A DNA stretch of 64,000 nt from Anthoceros angustus (GCA_010909165.1 MU008198.1:248001-312000); one strand, 5' to 3'. Counted from the first letter of the stretch, positions 37,031 through 50,108 are shown. Made by a program: numbers and translations. The notes: generated by a model not told the origin, from the letters alone.

Positions 37031-37345
37031 TCATGACACGACTAGTCTGTACACCATAGCTGAGGCAATTTGGGATGGTCCCAAGTTGCCTCATGCGACA
37101 AGCAAAAGCAATCTAACCCGACAAGCAAGATTTAGTCGAGTTTGTTAGAGAAGGCGGAGTAGTAATGTCCGTTGTAAAATCCATAGGTATGTCCGTGGTA
37201 AAAGTGTGCTTTTCCTAGTAATGTCATGACACGACTAGTCTGTACACCATAGCTGAGGCAATTTGGGATGGTCCCAAGTTGCCTCGGCGAGGCGGACAAG
37301 GTGCTATTAACGAACCTGGACAAGCAAGATTTAGTCAGTAGCTTG
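36963..37345. repeat. Tandem duplication of about 190 bp spanning the CACTA-like end
   Basis: 36963-37092 is identical to 37156-37285; GACAAGCAAGATTTAGTC also recurs. Confidence 0.85.
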
Positions 37346-40300
37346 TTAGAGTAGCGGAGTAGCGGAGACGGTAAGAGGAGTATTTTCTGACTCCTCTTAC
37401 CGTCTCGTCTCCAAAGATATGAACATCTTTGTACCACTCAGCAGATGAAGACAAAAAGCTTCTAGATGATGAGCCCAAGGATGAAAACGAAGAGACTAGG
37501 AGGATAGCAAAAGCCCAGCACCGCAAATACTAACATTGCAGGATTGGAAGTCGTCATGAGGGTCGACGCAGAAGATCTAGTTGTCGCCGCTAAGCCTAAA
37601 CGTAGAAGGAAGAAAGGATCCGTGTTGGCCCCCATCGCCAAGGATACACCTAGGTATTCCTGGGTTGATGACATCGTAAACAAGTCCGTGAAAATGATCG
37701 TCTAACGGCTTTTTGGCATAGAGAGCTATATATAAGTGGTCTTGGTAGTGTTAAAAACTTCTAGGAGAAGTTGGAAATTTGGAAAATTGCACTGGCTGAT
37801 CCAACCTCTGGTCACATTGTTGCGGATGGACCTAGCTTTTTGGAGGTGGAACAATGACTATGAGATGGCATGGGAGATTTTTCTAGGGGCAGGAGGTGGT
37901 GCAGCATCAAGTTTGACAAGTCAGCAAGCAAGTGCACATGCGCATAGCGAGTTGTGGAGGAAGAGCACCATGGCGAGGCAATCCCTACGTGAGACCCAAG
38001 TAGGATGTCACTCGGGTGCCAAGTTCCTATGGATGAGAGGGAAGCAGATCTAAAACTTTCGAGATCGTTTGCAAATTTGATGTGGGAGTGGTGAGAAGAT
38101 GCAGTGATATGCCTGTTTTAGGCCTAGCTAAGGAAGAGGACTCATCCAAGCGAACGGGGTCTTGAAGCTAGGGCACTACAAGGAACGTTGCGATGGCCGT
38201 GATAGAGGTGTGAGATATAGGGTGTGTGCGGTGTGTGTGAATTTCACAGGGGGAGGTTGATAATCAACTTGCAGGGTGAGAAGCCAAGGTGAAGTTGCGA
38301 CGATGATGATGCATGGATCAAAGGGATTGTGGATCCATATGCTCTGCCGTGCACATGGGTGTGCCAATTATGAGGGAGTAGTCAAGGATGCACGTCAAGA
38401 TGCCCACGCCTGCTTAAGTTAAGTATGATGGCTAGAATTACCTATGTCCGAGATTTCCATATGTGATGGTGTTCAAGCCATTAGTAAGTTGAAGGACGTA
38501 TGGTGCCCTTGCTTTTTGTATAGAGCTGTTTGTGTGAGATCAAGCCGTCAAATCAGACCTGATCTACGTCTCACAAGTCTAGAAAACGTTGTATGCTATA
38601 GTTTTTCTTACACTCGCTATATCAAAGATTTGCTTTTTCATGCCTACATCAAGCCTGTATTGTCGTTTTTGTAGTCTCAGCTATCCTTTGAGCATAGTGC
38701 AGGAGGTTAGGCCATACAGGTAGGCCATGTTTTCCCTGCGCCTGCACACTAGCACGAATTGCTCAGCATCAAGATTGTTTTTTATGCAAGTGCTGGCCTG
38801 AACCTGAAGCCCATATGAAGAGAAGGAAGTATTTTAAAAAGTGTGGCATGAGTCCATGACTGTATGTCTCTAGTGACATTGTAGATAGGTGTCGAATCCT
38901 CATTCTACAAATCTCATTAATTCAAACTTGAGCACAATATCTCAATGCCAATTCCCAACAAGAAACAGAGACATTTTGAACCCTCTAGACAAGAGGTAGA
39001 TACAACTTTGACAGGAATTTTTGTTATTGTATTATTTTGGCCATGCCTTGAAAATGTTGTGGATATTCTAGGGTTAAGGTTTATACTAATCTTTTAATCC
39101 CATAATGACGAATCTACTCAAAACGAGCTTTTCATGGTACATATCACATGACCACATCATTTATATTTTATAAATTACCAAATTGACTCTGAACACACAT
39201 TTCGACCATATCTTCTATTGTTATCATGTTTTTTAAAACAAAATTATCAAAAAAGAACCCAACCCCGACCTTCAAGTCGTAGATTCTATATAAGATTCTC
39301 TTAACCCACCATGGTTTATTTTAGGTGAGTTTGAGCTGAGGGATGTGAGATCACTGCGCGTGGGCGTTTGATCAAGCGGTCCACAATTCGGACAAAAAAT
39401 TTGGACCTCCCAGGCCAGCCCAACACTTTTCTATCAAGTCACCTCGAGGGTGTTTGACCTGGCTCGGCCCGTTTCCGATGTCAGATTTTTGTCATTGCCG
39501 GTCAAGGGACAAGCTTGCTAGCATTTGGCAAAATGTTTGAGGAAGCAAATGTGTGATTTTGATCCTTATTTTTTTGAAGGACGTAAAGGATACTTGTGGG
39601 CACTCGTGATAAAGTTTGCTCGTAGTGATAAGGTGTGGTGAAGGTGCGTCAGGTCTTAGGAGTGAGTGGAGATTGATGACTGACCTGCCTAGGCATTCTG
39701 AATCGTTGGTAGTCCGTTGAGAGTGTGGATGTTGAGGAAGGCAGCAGTGGATGCAGGCCATGAGGGGCTCACAAACAACAGCTTTATGATGTTGAAAAGG
39801 CTGTGAGGCGCACAAAACAGCAGCTTGCGGAGAGTTGCATGATATATAATTTGTTGTCTCACCCCCAAAAAGAACCGTTATTATAAGGCTCCCCCTCAAA
39901 TCTACGCCAAGTTCGAATATTTATTTCTAGCTACCTAGTGTTCCAAATGCCTATCAGTTTTTTGTGAATGGCCTCTCCATGCAATTCAATTCTTAAAACA
40001 TGGTCTCACGCGCATAACTCCGAATGGAGTAAATGGGGTCTAGCGTGCTCCATCTCGGGGACTAGGTACATCCTCTCACCATATGTACTGTGTTCGTAAT
40101 TCAAAAGCCTGGCCGTTCTAACCCGTTTCTAGCGTACCAAGTGCCGTGCACTGATTAGTTCTCTGCCCTGTCTTTCCCTCTCTTCATGGCACACTGTTTG
40201 CCCGTAAATCGACGATCGTTCCATGAAAAAGACCGTGAAGAAGACACGGATATGAAACACCGTAACATATGTATTGTCGCTAAAGAGACACTGCAACATT

Positions 40301-43107
40301 TGTAGGTACGTCCATGTACATATGTATGTATAACTGAACCGGGAGCTCCTACGTACACGGCGTACGGACCGTACCAGGTAACCGGGATCACAGCTTCACT
40401 GCAGCGATGCATCACGGACTGTCGGCTGCAACGGAGATGCAACAACATGAAACGGAAGATGACAAGCGGATCGAGAGAGATGGAGGCCAAGAACGAAGCA
40501 GTTGCACACCAGAAGGCCCCGGAAACGGTGCAACGGCAACAGCGCCTCGATGAAGCTGCCGCGGGCTTAGCACGAAGAATGAACCCAGAGGGCGCTTATT
40601 GCGTTCTGACGTGCACAAGACCGCAGGCTTGCCAGGGCTTGGGAACAGACTTTTATGGCTTTGTCTAAGGCGTATGGTATTGCGGCCTCGATGGTGTTTG
40701 GAGGAGTTTGGCAACGCAACTGTGCAAGGAGGCAGCAGGAGGTAGAGGATTTCCTGGAGGGGGATTCGGGACGGTGTAGTTTGTAGAGATCTGCTTACTG
40801 CCGTCGCTTGTACCAAAGTGGCGATAAACGGGGCTGCCAACTTCGGCTTTTCAGTTTTGGACTTCTGAGCTTTGCAAGCAAAATGTTGTCAGTGAGGGAC
40901 TCATGTTGTGTGAGGTGCCAGCAACGAAGCGGCCCCAGGAAGCTCCTGCCAAATGCAGTGATGAACCTCAGGAGGTGGAGTAGGATAGAGGGTCCTGTTG
41001 AAGGGGATGCAGGTGAACCGGCTTCAGCAAGGGGACTCCCGCGGGTGTGCTGGAGTTCATGGCTGCAGAGGGGATGGTTGAGGGAACATTTACTAAGTCA
41101 CAGCCTGAAGGCCTGGACTTCCCACATGTTTCCACTACTGCTGCTTCGATGGAAATAAAGCTTCAGAATCACACAACGCTTACCGTTGGAGACCTGCTAC
41201 TTGTCCAGCAACGTGGGTAACCTTCGTTTGTTTGAGTTGAAACCTGGGACACACAAGTTCTGGCCTAGAGACAGGTTTGGAAACTGATGTCTTGCAACCA
41301 GGCTTCCCAGAGTAGACTGGTCTTACTTACTGTGGTGAAGCCTGTTCGCAGCATTAACATGGAGGAGGCAGAGTTGAATTACCACAGACTCGTAGTATAT
41401 GGAACGGCTGCTAAGGCAGTGGCTGCTGGGGATGTGAATGCCTTAGTGCATATGGAGGTGGAGGGTGCGAGGCAGGATGCAGATACGGATATTCATGCTT
41501 CAGCTGACCCTACTCTGTCTCCAACGCAGCATCAGCCTCAATGGCCTCGGAATGATTTTGGCTTCAAGCCACTCAGTTTGACCTCTCCAGTTCAGTGAGA
41601 CTGCTTCACTCGCTGCGCATATAGCACAGGAGTCTATGGATTCCGGTGAGCTGCAAGAACAGGCTGAAAGAAGGGCCACTTAAGAGGAAAAAGCTCAGGG
41701 AAGTGTACAGGCGTTGGTGGGGTCAGAGCAGAGCTTCCAGCTGAAGTGCTGTTCAATTGTGGGGAACTTCCGAAACTGCATTAAATGGGTGGGAATCCAG
41801 ACCGAATCATTGCATGCAGCATATTTGGGAGGCCTAATGTGGTCCATCTAGGGGATGAACAAGCATATGCACTGTATAAGGTTTACCAGGCAGGAGCTTC
41901 AAGAGGACGTCAAAGCATTTCATGAGCCTGCCAACACGGCGCAGTGGACTCCATCTCTCTACAGGTGTTTGTCCAGGCCAATGTCGGTCGGTCACACGGT
42001 CGGTTAAGCTGCAAGTTTTACACTACGCGTTCCGAGGAGTCTGTGGTCCCGAAGTTCCGCCTGAAAAGGAAAAGGACTGACCAAGCATGCGACGCTTGTG
42101 ATTCCAGGACAGCAAATTCTGCTTCACATGGGATGCGTCCCCACTCGGCAAACGCTAACTGAAAGCTTAACAGAGCTCTGTCCTCCGGTGGAATACCCAG
42201 TCTGTGGGGCAGAGTCACGATAGGCGGAGTGGCATCTGCATGTGCCGTCTGCGCACTGGCGAGGAACATTTGACCTTCCAGAAGGAGGGATGGCATGGAT
42301 GAGGTGGTGGACTGTGTGAATCTCCGCCTGTTGTGTATTCCGATGGGTATAATTGTCTGTCTCCTGCCCCTTTCACTTTTCGTGAGATGGTTGTCACAGC
42401 GAACGTGATTTGAGTGGTTGTTCCGGTATCGTCTGTAGGTTGATCGGGTTGATCCCGTCCGTGCATATGCGCGCCCGCCACCAGTTCGTGCTTGGAAACG
42501 GAGAATGAGCACCGACACGCCGCTTGTATGGACGAACATGCTTCTGTAACCCTGTAAGCAGAATAGGGGACCTGCCACGGCGATGCCACATACACAGGTG
42601 ACTAGGTGAACAGCCACACACATCAGCGGGGACACATCAGCCGGCTGTAGATAAGGGTAAGAGGGCACCTCCGTCTCTCGGTGTTGATTTTATCCATATT
42701 TTCCTAGTCTGTATTGCTATACCTGCCAGTAACAGAGCATACTTGAATTTTGTGCTTCGGTGCTTTCGGCGTTATTTATACAAGCGCGCCGACGGCAAAA
42801 CCAAAGGCACTGGCAACTGCGACTGCAGCGTGGCCAATGGGCGGCATATTTGGCGGACGACCAACTGGCACCAACGAACCGACCCGTTGACAGAACGGAT
42901 TCTGGCAACAGTTGCAGATGCAGATGTAGATGCAGATCCAGGGTATGATGTGTACCGTCTTCTTGTGGAGAGCAGCAGAGCAACCGAGGCCAGCTACCGA
43001 GAACCCTCTTGCTCCGAGTTGTATGTGAAGCTGCAGCCTGCGGGGAATCCAGTAATTGTGCGTAGCCCTAGCCAGCTCCGAGGTCTGACGAGAATCAAAT
43101 CCACTTC

Positions 43108-43136
43108 CCTTGCCTTGCCTTGCCTTGCCTTGCCTT
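43108..43136. repeat. (CCTTG)n microsatellite
   Basis: Five full CCTTG units plus a partial one. Confidence 0.9.
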
Positions 43137-43617
43137 CCCGCCCTGGGGGTTGACCAGGTGCGCGTCGGGGAAGGCGCCCAGGCTCCAGCTGACTGTGACA
43201 CACACGCAGCATGGAGAGGCGTGTGTGGAAGCCAGCACTCCCTGGCCCTGAAGGAGCGTGAAGGGCCCGGCTCGTCCTGGCCGGGGCTTCTTCACTCTCT
43301 TCTCTGCTTCGTCGGATCCGCCACCTTCGGCAGCTGCAGTTGTGGCCGTTGTGCATCTTGCTCCTGTTTGCCAAGAAGTGGAGTGGAGTTGGGTGCTGCC
43401 ATTGCCCAGGGTGTTGTTGTACCGAATGCTGCGCTTGCTGTGGAGGGGGAGCGCAATCGGATAGCAGCAGCGGTAGTGGGTCCTGTGCGCATTTGAGTTC
43501 CAGGTGCGTGGCTCATTTCCCGGCCGATGAGTGTGTTGGTCGAGTGGCAGAGTCCACTTGTTGGGTGTTGTTGTTGTTGTTGTTGATGGTGGGTGGCCTG
43601 ATTGTGGGTGATGGGTG

Positions 43618-44586
43618 ATGTGCAGGGGCGGAATGGCTGTCAGGAGTGCGTATCTGAGAGGAATTTGGCTGTGGAGGGCTGCTTCTGGGCGGGCTCTGGA
43701 GCAGCTTGGAGCGCGGTGGCAGGTGCAGCCGGGCGTGAGTGGGGCGAGATGGCGGCAGTCGGCCTGCGCGTGGGGTCAGCAGCCCTTCTGGCTGCACACG
43801 GCTGGGATGGCGCATGAGAATTCCGGGGACGAGGGGGAAGGGGATGGGGAGCACAGGCAGATGGGGCGCCGGGAGCCGCGGGTAACCGCGGAGGAGGTGC
43901 AGCAGGTTTTGAGGCACGTGAATCTCACGTCGCTCAAACACCGGTTAGATGTGGAGGCTCGCGAGCACATGGGCTTGGCTGAGCTGTTGAGCTTGTGTGA
44001 GGCGGAGAGGGTGGCCAGGAGCCCGCAGGAGGCGGCGGAGGTGGTCCGAGCCTTGGACTCGTCTGGAGTGGTGTTTGTGTTTAGGGATCGGGTTTTCCTG
44101 CATCCGGAGGCTGTAGCCAAGCAGGTTGCCAAGGCGCTGCCCCTGGCGCTGGCTCTCGAGGACGATCCACGGAAGGAGGAGTTCGACAAGCTTCAGAAAA
44201 TCAAGGAGCAGATTGATATGCTGGCACACAAGAAGGTGCGGAAGAACTTGTTGGCGGGATTGCTGGTTCTCACTGGCCATTTCCTGGTTTTCTTCCGCCT
44301 TACCTTCTGGGAGTTTTCGTGGGATGTCATGGAGCCCATCGCATTTTTTGTCACAACAGGTGCCCTGTTGGCGGGATATGCTTATTTTCTTGCCACGGCT
44401 ACAGACCCGAGTTATCAGGACTTGCATGAAAGGCTGTTCGTGTATCATCAAAAGAAGCTGATGAAGAAGAAGAAGTTTGACAACAAGAGGTTCCAACTCC
44501 TTGCCAAGCAGTGCAGTAGTTGTTTCTCTAAATCTCTACACTTCACCCCTGTTTCATTACTGAAACAACGTGATGACGACGACTGA
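43618..44586 (+). CDS. MCU: Mitochondrial calcium uniporter family protein (intronless CDS)
   Basis: FFRLTFWEFSWDVMEPIAFFVTT (plant WDVMEP form of the DIME pore motif between two TMs), ALDSSGVVFVFRDRVFLHP, coiled coil DDPRKEEFDKLQKIKEQID, Arg/Ala-rich presequence-like N-terminus. Confidence 0.95.
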   Translation: MCRGGMAVRSAYLRGIWLWRAASGRALEQLGARWQVQPGVSGARWRQSACAWGQQPFWLHTAGMAHENSGDEGEGDGEHRQMGRREPRVTAEEVQQVLRHVNLTSLKHRLDVEAREHMGLAELLSLCEAERVARSPQEAAEVVRALDSSGVVFVFRDRVFLHPEAVAKQVAKALPLALALEDDPRKEEFDKLQKIKEQIDMLAHKKVRKNLLAGLLVLTGHFLVFFRLTFWEFSWDVMEPIAFFVTTGALLAGYAYFLATATDPSYQDLHERLFVYHQKKLMKKKKFDNKRFQLLAKQCSSCFSKSLHFTPVSLLKQRDDDD

Positions 44587-45824
44587 AGTCACCGGCAGCT
44601 GCTCACCACCAACACTTGACAGCAGCTTGTACTCGTTGTGCAATGGTTGCCTTTCGAGTTTCAGAGGCAGTGGATGACAGGAGTCTCTCTTTATTTCCTG
44701 GTGAGTTCCAGGACTGGATCTCCAAAGCTTGGAGATCTTCAGTTCTCCTGAGGCAAGGGGTCCCTGCAGCTGATGAGGACTGGACATGTGCTCTACCACA
44801 TGCCACATGCCCTGCGGAAGGGTTTGCTCTGTTTCTTCTGTGTGAAGCCCTTGAAAACATACATGCAAATGCAGGTCATGGGTTGACGCGAAACGCAGCG
44901 TCTTCACCTCTTGCTGTCATAGTACAGAGGTGATCACACATACTTTTTGGCACGTCTGCCTCTCAATTTTCTGCAATTCCTTCAACGGTTTCATCACATT
45001 CTTGTTGTACCGGAATTTTTGTTGGACGGGCAAGGCTCTTGTATTATCGAACTTTAGAAAGATGTCCTTTTGAACTTTGTGCAGGTCAGTTGAACAAATG
45101 CTGATCCTTCTATGGAAGCTTTGTTGCTTGCACCCAACCTACCTGAACTGCGCAAACTATCTGTCATTGATGAACCTGTGCCGACCTTTGCACGACGCTA
45201 AAGTAAAATTAGATCGAGTGCTTTGTAGTTACCCAAAGAGGCGCTACTCGGAATCAGCTATTAGAGCACGTGTATTCCAGAGGGTGGATGAGCCGACCTC
45301 CCCCCGAGAACCAAGGCTGAGCTGTTTGACTGGTGAAAAGGCAAACCAACCCTGCCACATAGGCCAGATGAGGAACGAGGGTCACGACGGTTGGGAATGA
45401 CCGTTAGTCAGCATTCTTAGCATTTAGGTCAGGCCCAGCGCGCCCACAGCGGCCCCGAAAGGAATAGGCGATGGATTCCTTACAGGAGCCCAAACTGGTG
45501 CTAATGAGGGGCTTTGTTGTCGTCATGTCATAGGATAAGGCAAATGGGCGTGGGAGATGCCGCAGGATCAGTATTGTTATTAGGCTATTGATTGTGTTCT
45601 TGAAGAACGTGATTTGTTCCGGAAGGGGAGGGGAGGAGGGGGGAATCCGAGGTGTGGGACAAGAGATCTTGTTGGTGTTCAAGGAAGCTGCTTGTTTCCT
45701 CAACGTTTGTCAGGCTGAGGAGAAACGTTGACATGTGAGGAGAGAGGCGACAGGTTTTGTTGGTGTTCCTAAAAGCTTTTTGTTTCCTCACTTTTGGCAG
45801 GTTGTAAGGAGAAACGTTGACATA

Positions 45825-47024
45825 ATGGCTCTCAACTCGCCTTGGTACAAGCACAAGTTCATGCCCAATGGTAAGTACGAGACAGTTCCTAATGCTCCTC
45901 CGCAGTACGCCCGAAGTTTGAATGTCCCTGAACCCAAGTTCAGTAGATTCGATGCGATTCTGAGCTTACCCATCGGGAACAGCAATTACAAGCTCCAACT
46001 CTGGCACGAAGACTTTGACAAGCCAGAATGCAAGGACAAATTTGTGTCTGGGGATCTTGTCGTGTCTGCCAAACCAGGTGATGAGCGGCCGGCCAAGGAG
46101 AGATCCTACCACATTGTGCAGAAGGTGTGCGACAATGGCTGGCAGCAGCTCTGCGTCCTCTCTTACCTCAACCCTAACCGTGAGATCCCCGTCCCTCTCG
46201 TGGAGCCTCCACCTCCGGTAGATCCCAATGCGCCTCCTGCTGACCCCAACGCTCCTGCCGCTCCTGCGGCCCCTGGAGCCCCTGCTGCAGCAGCAACCCC
46301 AGCAAAAGCTGGCGCTCCTCCTGCTCCTGGTGCAAAGCCCGGTGCTCCCGCTCCCGCCGCGGCTCCACCTCCCCCTCCCCCTCCCGCTGCTGCCCCTGCT
46401 CTTGCTCCTGCGGATCCTAATGCTCCCCCGGTCGACCCTAACGCTCCCCCAGTGGACCCCAATGCTCCTCCCGCAGTGCCACTGGGCCCCGAGTTTCTCC
46501 CCGAGGTTCCACTGCCGCTGGAGGACGCCAGCGTGATCCGGTCCAAACTAGACTGGTTCGGCTGGTGGAACATCGTGTGCCCGGAAAACACGTTCGTGGA
46601 CCCCCGCGGAAAGCCCAATTTCGAGGACGACGAGGACATGTTCCGCAGGCGCTTCAGGCCCTACTGGCAGCCCACAGATTTCGTCATCCGCATCCCCCGC
46701 GGCTCCGCGGGCTTCTCCCTTCACAGGTTCCACCCCCAAGATCGCTACGACCACGGAGACCTGGGCCTCTTGTTCCGGGAATGGCCCGTCGGCTCCGGCG
46801 GATACCACGCCATCTTGATCCAGCTCTCGGAGTACCGATACGTGACCATGGAGGGCAAGGAAAAGCTAGGCAAGACATGGATGAAAATCGACCACCGCTT
46901 CCTGGATGCTCCGCCGCCCCCTCCTCCTCCTCCGCCTCCGCCTTCTCCTCCTCCGCCTACGCTCGAAGGCGCGCCCCCAGCCGACGGGGCTGCTGCCGCT
47001 CCTGCTCCTCCTGCAAAAGCTTAG
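45825..47024 (+). CDS. Hypothetical 399-aa protein: two related globular segments separated by a Pro/Ala-rich linker, with a poly-Pro tail
   Basis: Long clean ORF; first ATG after a TTTTGGCAG acceptor (45800); PPVDPNA/PADPNA repeats. Confidence 0.8.
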   Translation: MALNSPWYKHKFMPNGKYETVPNAPPQYARSLNVPEPKFSRFDAILSLPIGNSNYKLQLWHEDFDKPECKDKFVSGDLVVSAKPGDERPAKERSYHIVQKVCDNGWQQLCVLSYLNPNREIPVPLVEPPPPVDPNAPPADPNAPAAPAAPGAPAAAATPAKAGAPPAPGAKPGAPAPAAAPPPPPPPAAAPALAPADPNAPPVDPNAPPVDPNAPPAVPLGPEFLPEVPLPLEDASVIRSKLDWFGWWNIVCPENTFVDPRGKPNFEDDEDMFRRRFRPYWQPTDFVIRIPRGSAGFSLHRFHPQDRYDHGDLGLLFREWPVGSGGYHAILIQLSEYRYVTMEGKEKLGKTWMKIDHRFLDAPPPPPPPPPPPSPPPPTLEGAPPADGAAAAPAPPAKA

Positions 47025-48446
47025 CCTTCAACAGCCCAGACCGGAAGTGTGAATTGAAGAAAACTAGCTAATAGGTAAACAAAGTTGATTAGGTAGCTGC
47101 GTACACCATGTCACACACAGGTGGAGGGGTTAGTACCTACATGTGTAGTTCGCTGAATAAAATACAAGTCATGTAGGTTAGCTGACAGCACTCCAGACCT
47201 TCTCCTACTGCTACAGAAGAAGAAGAAGAATTTAAGGGAATATTTTTTTGAATTTGAAGAGGAATTTTTTGTGCACCATATCTGTAAGGTAGTGAAATAG
47301 GTCGGAGCGAAATGCGAGTGGCGCACATGAGGCAGCTTGGGCACGCGCGCATGCGTGATTGACTGGCGTACCATTTGCAAGGAGAAGCTGAAAAAACAAA
47401 TGCTTAGCACCATACATTAGCTATACGCAGGACCCACTTTTATAGCCGGAACGGTTCTCTATTCATGTGCTGGAAACCAAAAACAAGAGATATGGGAGGC
47501 CTCAAAAAACAGAGAACGGTGGACTGCTGCCACAAGCGTCTTCACAAGCAGGTTTCAGCCACGACAAAAGCCGGGACTTGTTCCGGGTGGAGCACTGGAG
47601 TAGGCCTGGGGTAGGTAGACATGGCCAGAAAAATTTGCCCAAGACCCGACTTCCTCGCATGCGTCCTGCGTCACTGGTGACATATTTGCCCCAGCCGGCG
47701 CCCAAAACTATCGGGTATATGAATTTTCAGTGGGTGTGCACTAACGTTGAATGGACTTGGTGCCGCCACCGCATGTGGTAAGGTGAGTTTTCTGCGCCAT
47801 GAAATCTCCGGGCTGATCGATGGTTCCGTGATACGGCCCGAGGAGGGCAGGGCACGTTCTAGTCCCGGAACGTCGGCTCACAAATTCGTGATTCGTGACG
47901 CCGCCCACGCCGTCCCCCGACCCGCTCTACGGCGAGGTGGGGCGTGACAGCAACGGTATGTTGACGCTTCCGTAGCTGAAAGCTGGGTGCGTGGTTGTCA
48001 CGTACCGGTAGTGCGCAGGAATCACAGGCAAACGAAACCAGGTCGAAACGGAGTGGAGAGCACGGCAACAGTAGTCGAGGCCTGGTCTGCACGACCGGGC
48101 CCTGCCGCCCTCCGGAATGATTACAAAAGTCAGTTTCAACCGCCACGCCCTTACTAAATCAGCACCCAGCTCATTTCTCGCCGGCTTCGCGGCGGTTTTA
48201 TCTTGCCAGGGCAGCGCGCGCGATCGCGGGATCGGCATCTCCCGTTTTCACGCACGTCGATAGTGAGTGCCAGATTCGCGACCGTAGCGGCAGCCATGGC
48301 GTCTTGATGGTCAGGTCACGGGGAAAGGCTGGGAGCGTCAGCAGGAGCAGCAGCAGGAGCAGTAGCAGCGGCAGGGGCAGGGGCCAGCAACAGCAGCGGG
48401 AGCAGGAGCGGGAGCTCCCGATGCCTGCGCAGCGCAGCAGGTGAAG

Positions 48447-50108
48447 ATGAATCTCGTAGCCGCTACCGACCTCGGCAGCAAGTCACTGCGGGCCACGGGC
48501 TGGGCTTTTCTCGCGCTCATCGCGTTGGCGGCCATCTGTGTGCTCAAGGACGGCTGGGTCAGCAGCGATGGCAGCAGCTGGCTGGCAGCCACCGCTCCCG
48601 GCATGTCGTCTCTCTCCAAGGACTCGATTCTGGACCGCCACTTCTTCCAACAGGAGCTGCAGCAGGCGGAGGCCAGGATTCTCAACCGGACAGCAGATCT
48701 GCTGGGAAGCGGCTCGGGGCGCGCCTCCAGTGTGCTACCCACCACCGACGTAGCCAGGTTGTTGAGTCTTGTTCCGGGATCGACATCGGGCGGTGGGGAG
48801 CAGGAAGTGAAGCGGTTGAGGAAGCTTCAGTACTGCCACAGGTTCAAGGGCGTCCTGGGCAAGGAGCTGGCGGCCACGACCATGGATCCTTGGCAGCCGG
48901 CGGGGAAGTTTCTTCTCCCTCTCTGCTCTTACGGCCAGATCTCCAACCGGCTGAACTGCATACGGAACTACCTGCTTCTGGCGGTGCTGCTGAACCGGAC
49001 CTTGGTGATTCCTGAGCTAGAGACTGGGCCTGCGGGGGGCTACGTGTATGGGCTGGTGATCGACATTCAGCACGCCCGCAGGTGCATCGGCGACGTCGCT
49101 AATGTGACCATCATCAGCCTGAACGAGTACCGGGCGCGGATTTCCGGGGGCCGCTTTGCCGGGGCTGGGACGGGAGGGCTGGCCCCGGCCATGAAGAATG
49201 TGAGGGTGCAGATTGACAGGATCCTCTGCTGGCAGGAGAATTGCGAGAAGAGGACTCCTCGGAGGCTGTGGGGCGACCAGCCTTCGGATGTGGTGTTTCC
49301 TGGGACAGTTGAGGAGTCGAATGCTTTCAGGCTGGTGCATTCGGTGGCGGACTTGGTTAACGTGTTCGGAGGGGTGAAGGAACGCCTCATTTCCTTCGGA
49401 GATTTGTTTAATACCGTCAAGCTGACGGACCTCCCGCAGAACATCACGCTGCGCCCGGAACTCCCGTTGCACAACTTGAAGTGCAACATGTTTTTCCAGC
49501 CGCATCCCGCCATCGTCACGGTGGCCAAGGCGTTTGTGCGAACCATTCTGGGCCCGGATTTCCTGGCTGTGCATTTGCGGAGGGGGGATTTCCTGGGCGC
49601 CTGGAACAGGGAGTCTTGCACGGGAGTGGGGGAGAAGAACCTCAGATGTTGGGTGAGGCCCGTGGACGTTGTTGCAAAATGCATTGCGGAGAAGGTCCGC
49701 GGTACCAACATTACCGTGGTGTTTGCGGCAACCAATGCGGCTCCAGTCGAGTACTCCTTGCTGGAGAGACTTCTGGCTCTTAATGATCCCCCGTTGGCCC
49801 TGGTCACAGTGCCTCGCAGCTTCGAGGAGCAGCCATTTCGGTTTACAGGTGGGTGGCACAAGCTCAATCTGGATGGCTACCCACTGGCGTTCGCTACCCT
49901 GGACAAGCTGATATGTGCAATGAGCAGGATTTTCATGGGCACCATCGCGTCCACCTTCACGGACGACATTGTCTCTATGAGAGCTGCGCTTGGGACCTTG
50001 AGTTGCCAGGATCAAAACCTTTGTGCGAACTTCCGGTATGACCTTGATTCCCTGCCATTTTTCAACGAAACTGATACCCTTTCTAAACTGCCATACAGAA
50101 GAAGGTAG
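48447..50108 (+). CDS. O-fucosyltransferase family protein (POFUT2/GT68-like, type II membrane; intronless CDS)
   Basis: N-terminal TM (WAFLALIALAAICVL), GQISNRLNC...AVLLNRTLVIP, FLAVHLRRGDF, VFAATNA, DKLICAMSRIFMGTIASTFTDDI..MR. Confidence 0.9.
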   Translation: MNLVAATDLGSKSLRATGWAFLALIALAAICVLKDGWVSSDGSSWLAATAPGMSSLSKDSILDRHFFQQELQQAEARILNRTADLLGSGSGRASSVLPTTDVARLLSLVPGSTSGGGEQEVKRLRKLQYCHRFKGVLGKELAATTMDPWQPAGKFLLPLCSYGQISNRLNCIRNYLLLAVLLNRTLVIPELETGPAGGYVYGLVIDIQHARRCIGDVANVTIISLNEYRARISGGRFAGAGTGGLAPAMKNVRVQIDRILCWQENCEKRTPRRLWGDQPSDVVFPGTVEESNAFRLVHSVADLVNVFGGVKERLISFGDLFNTVKLTDLPQNITLRPELPLHNLKCNMFFQPHPAIVTVAKAFVRTILGPDFLAVHLRRGDFLGAWNRESCTGVGEKNLRCWVRPVDVVAKCIAEKVRGTNITVVFAATNAAPVEYSLLERLLALNDPPLALVTVPRSFEEQPFRFTGGWHKLNLDGYPLAFATLDKLICAMSRIFMGTIASTFTDDIVSMRAALGTLSCQDQNLCANFRYDLDSLPFFNETDTLSKLPYRRR

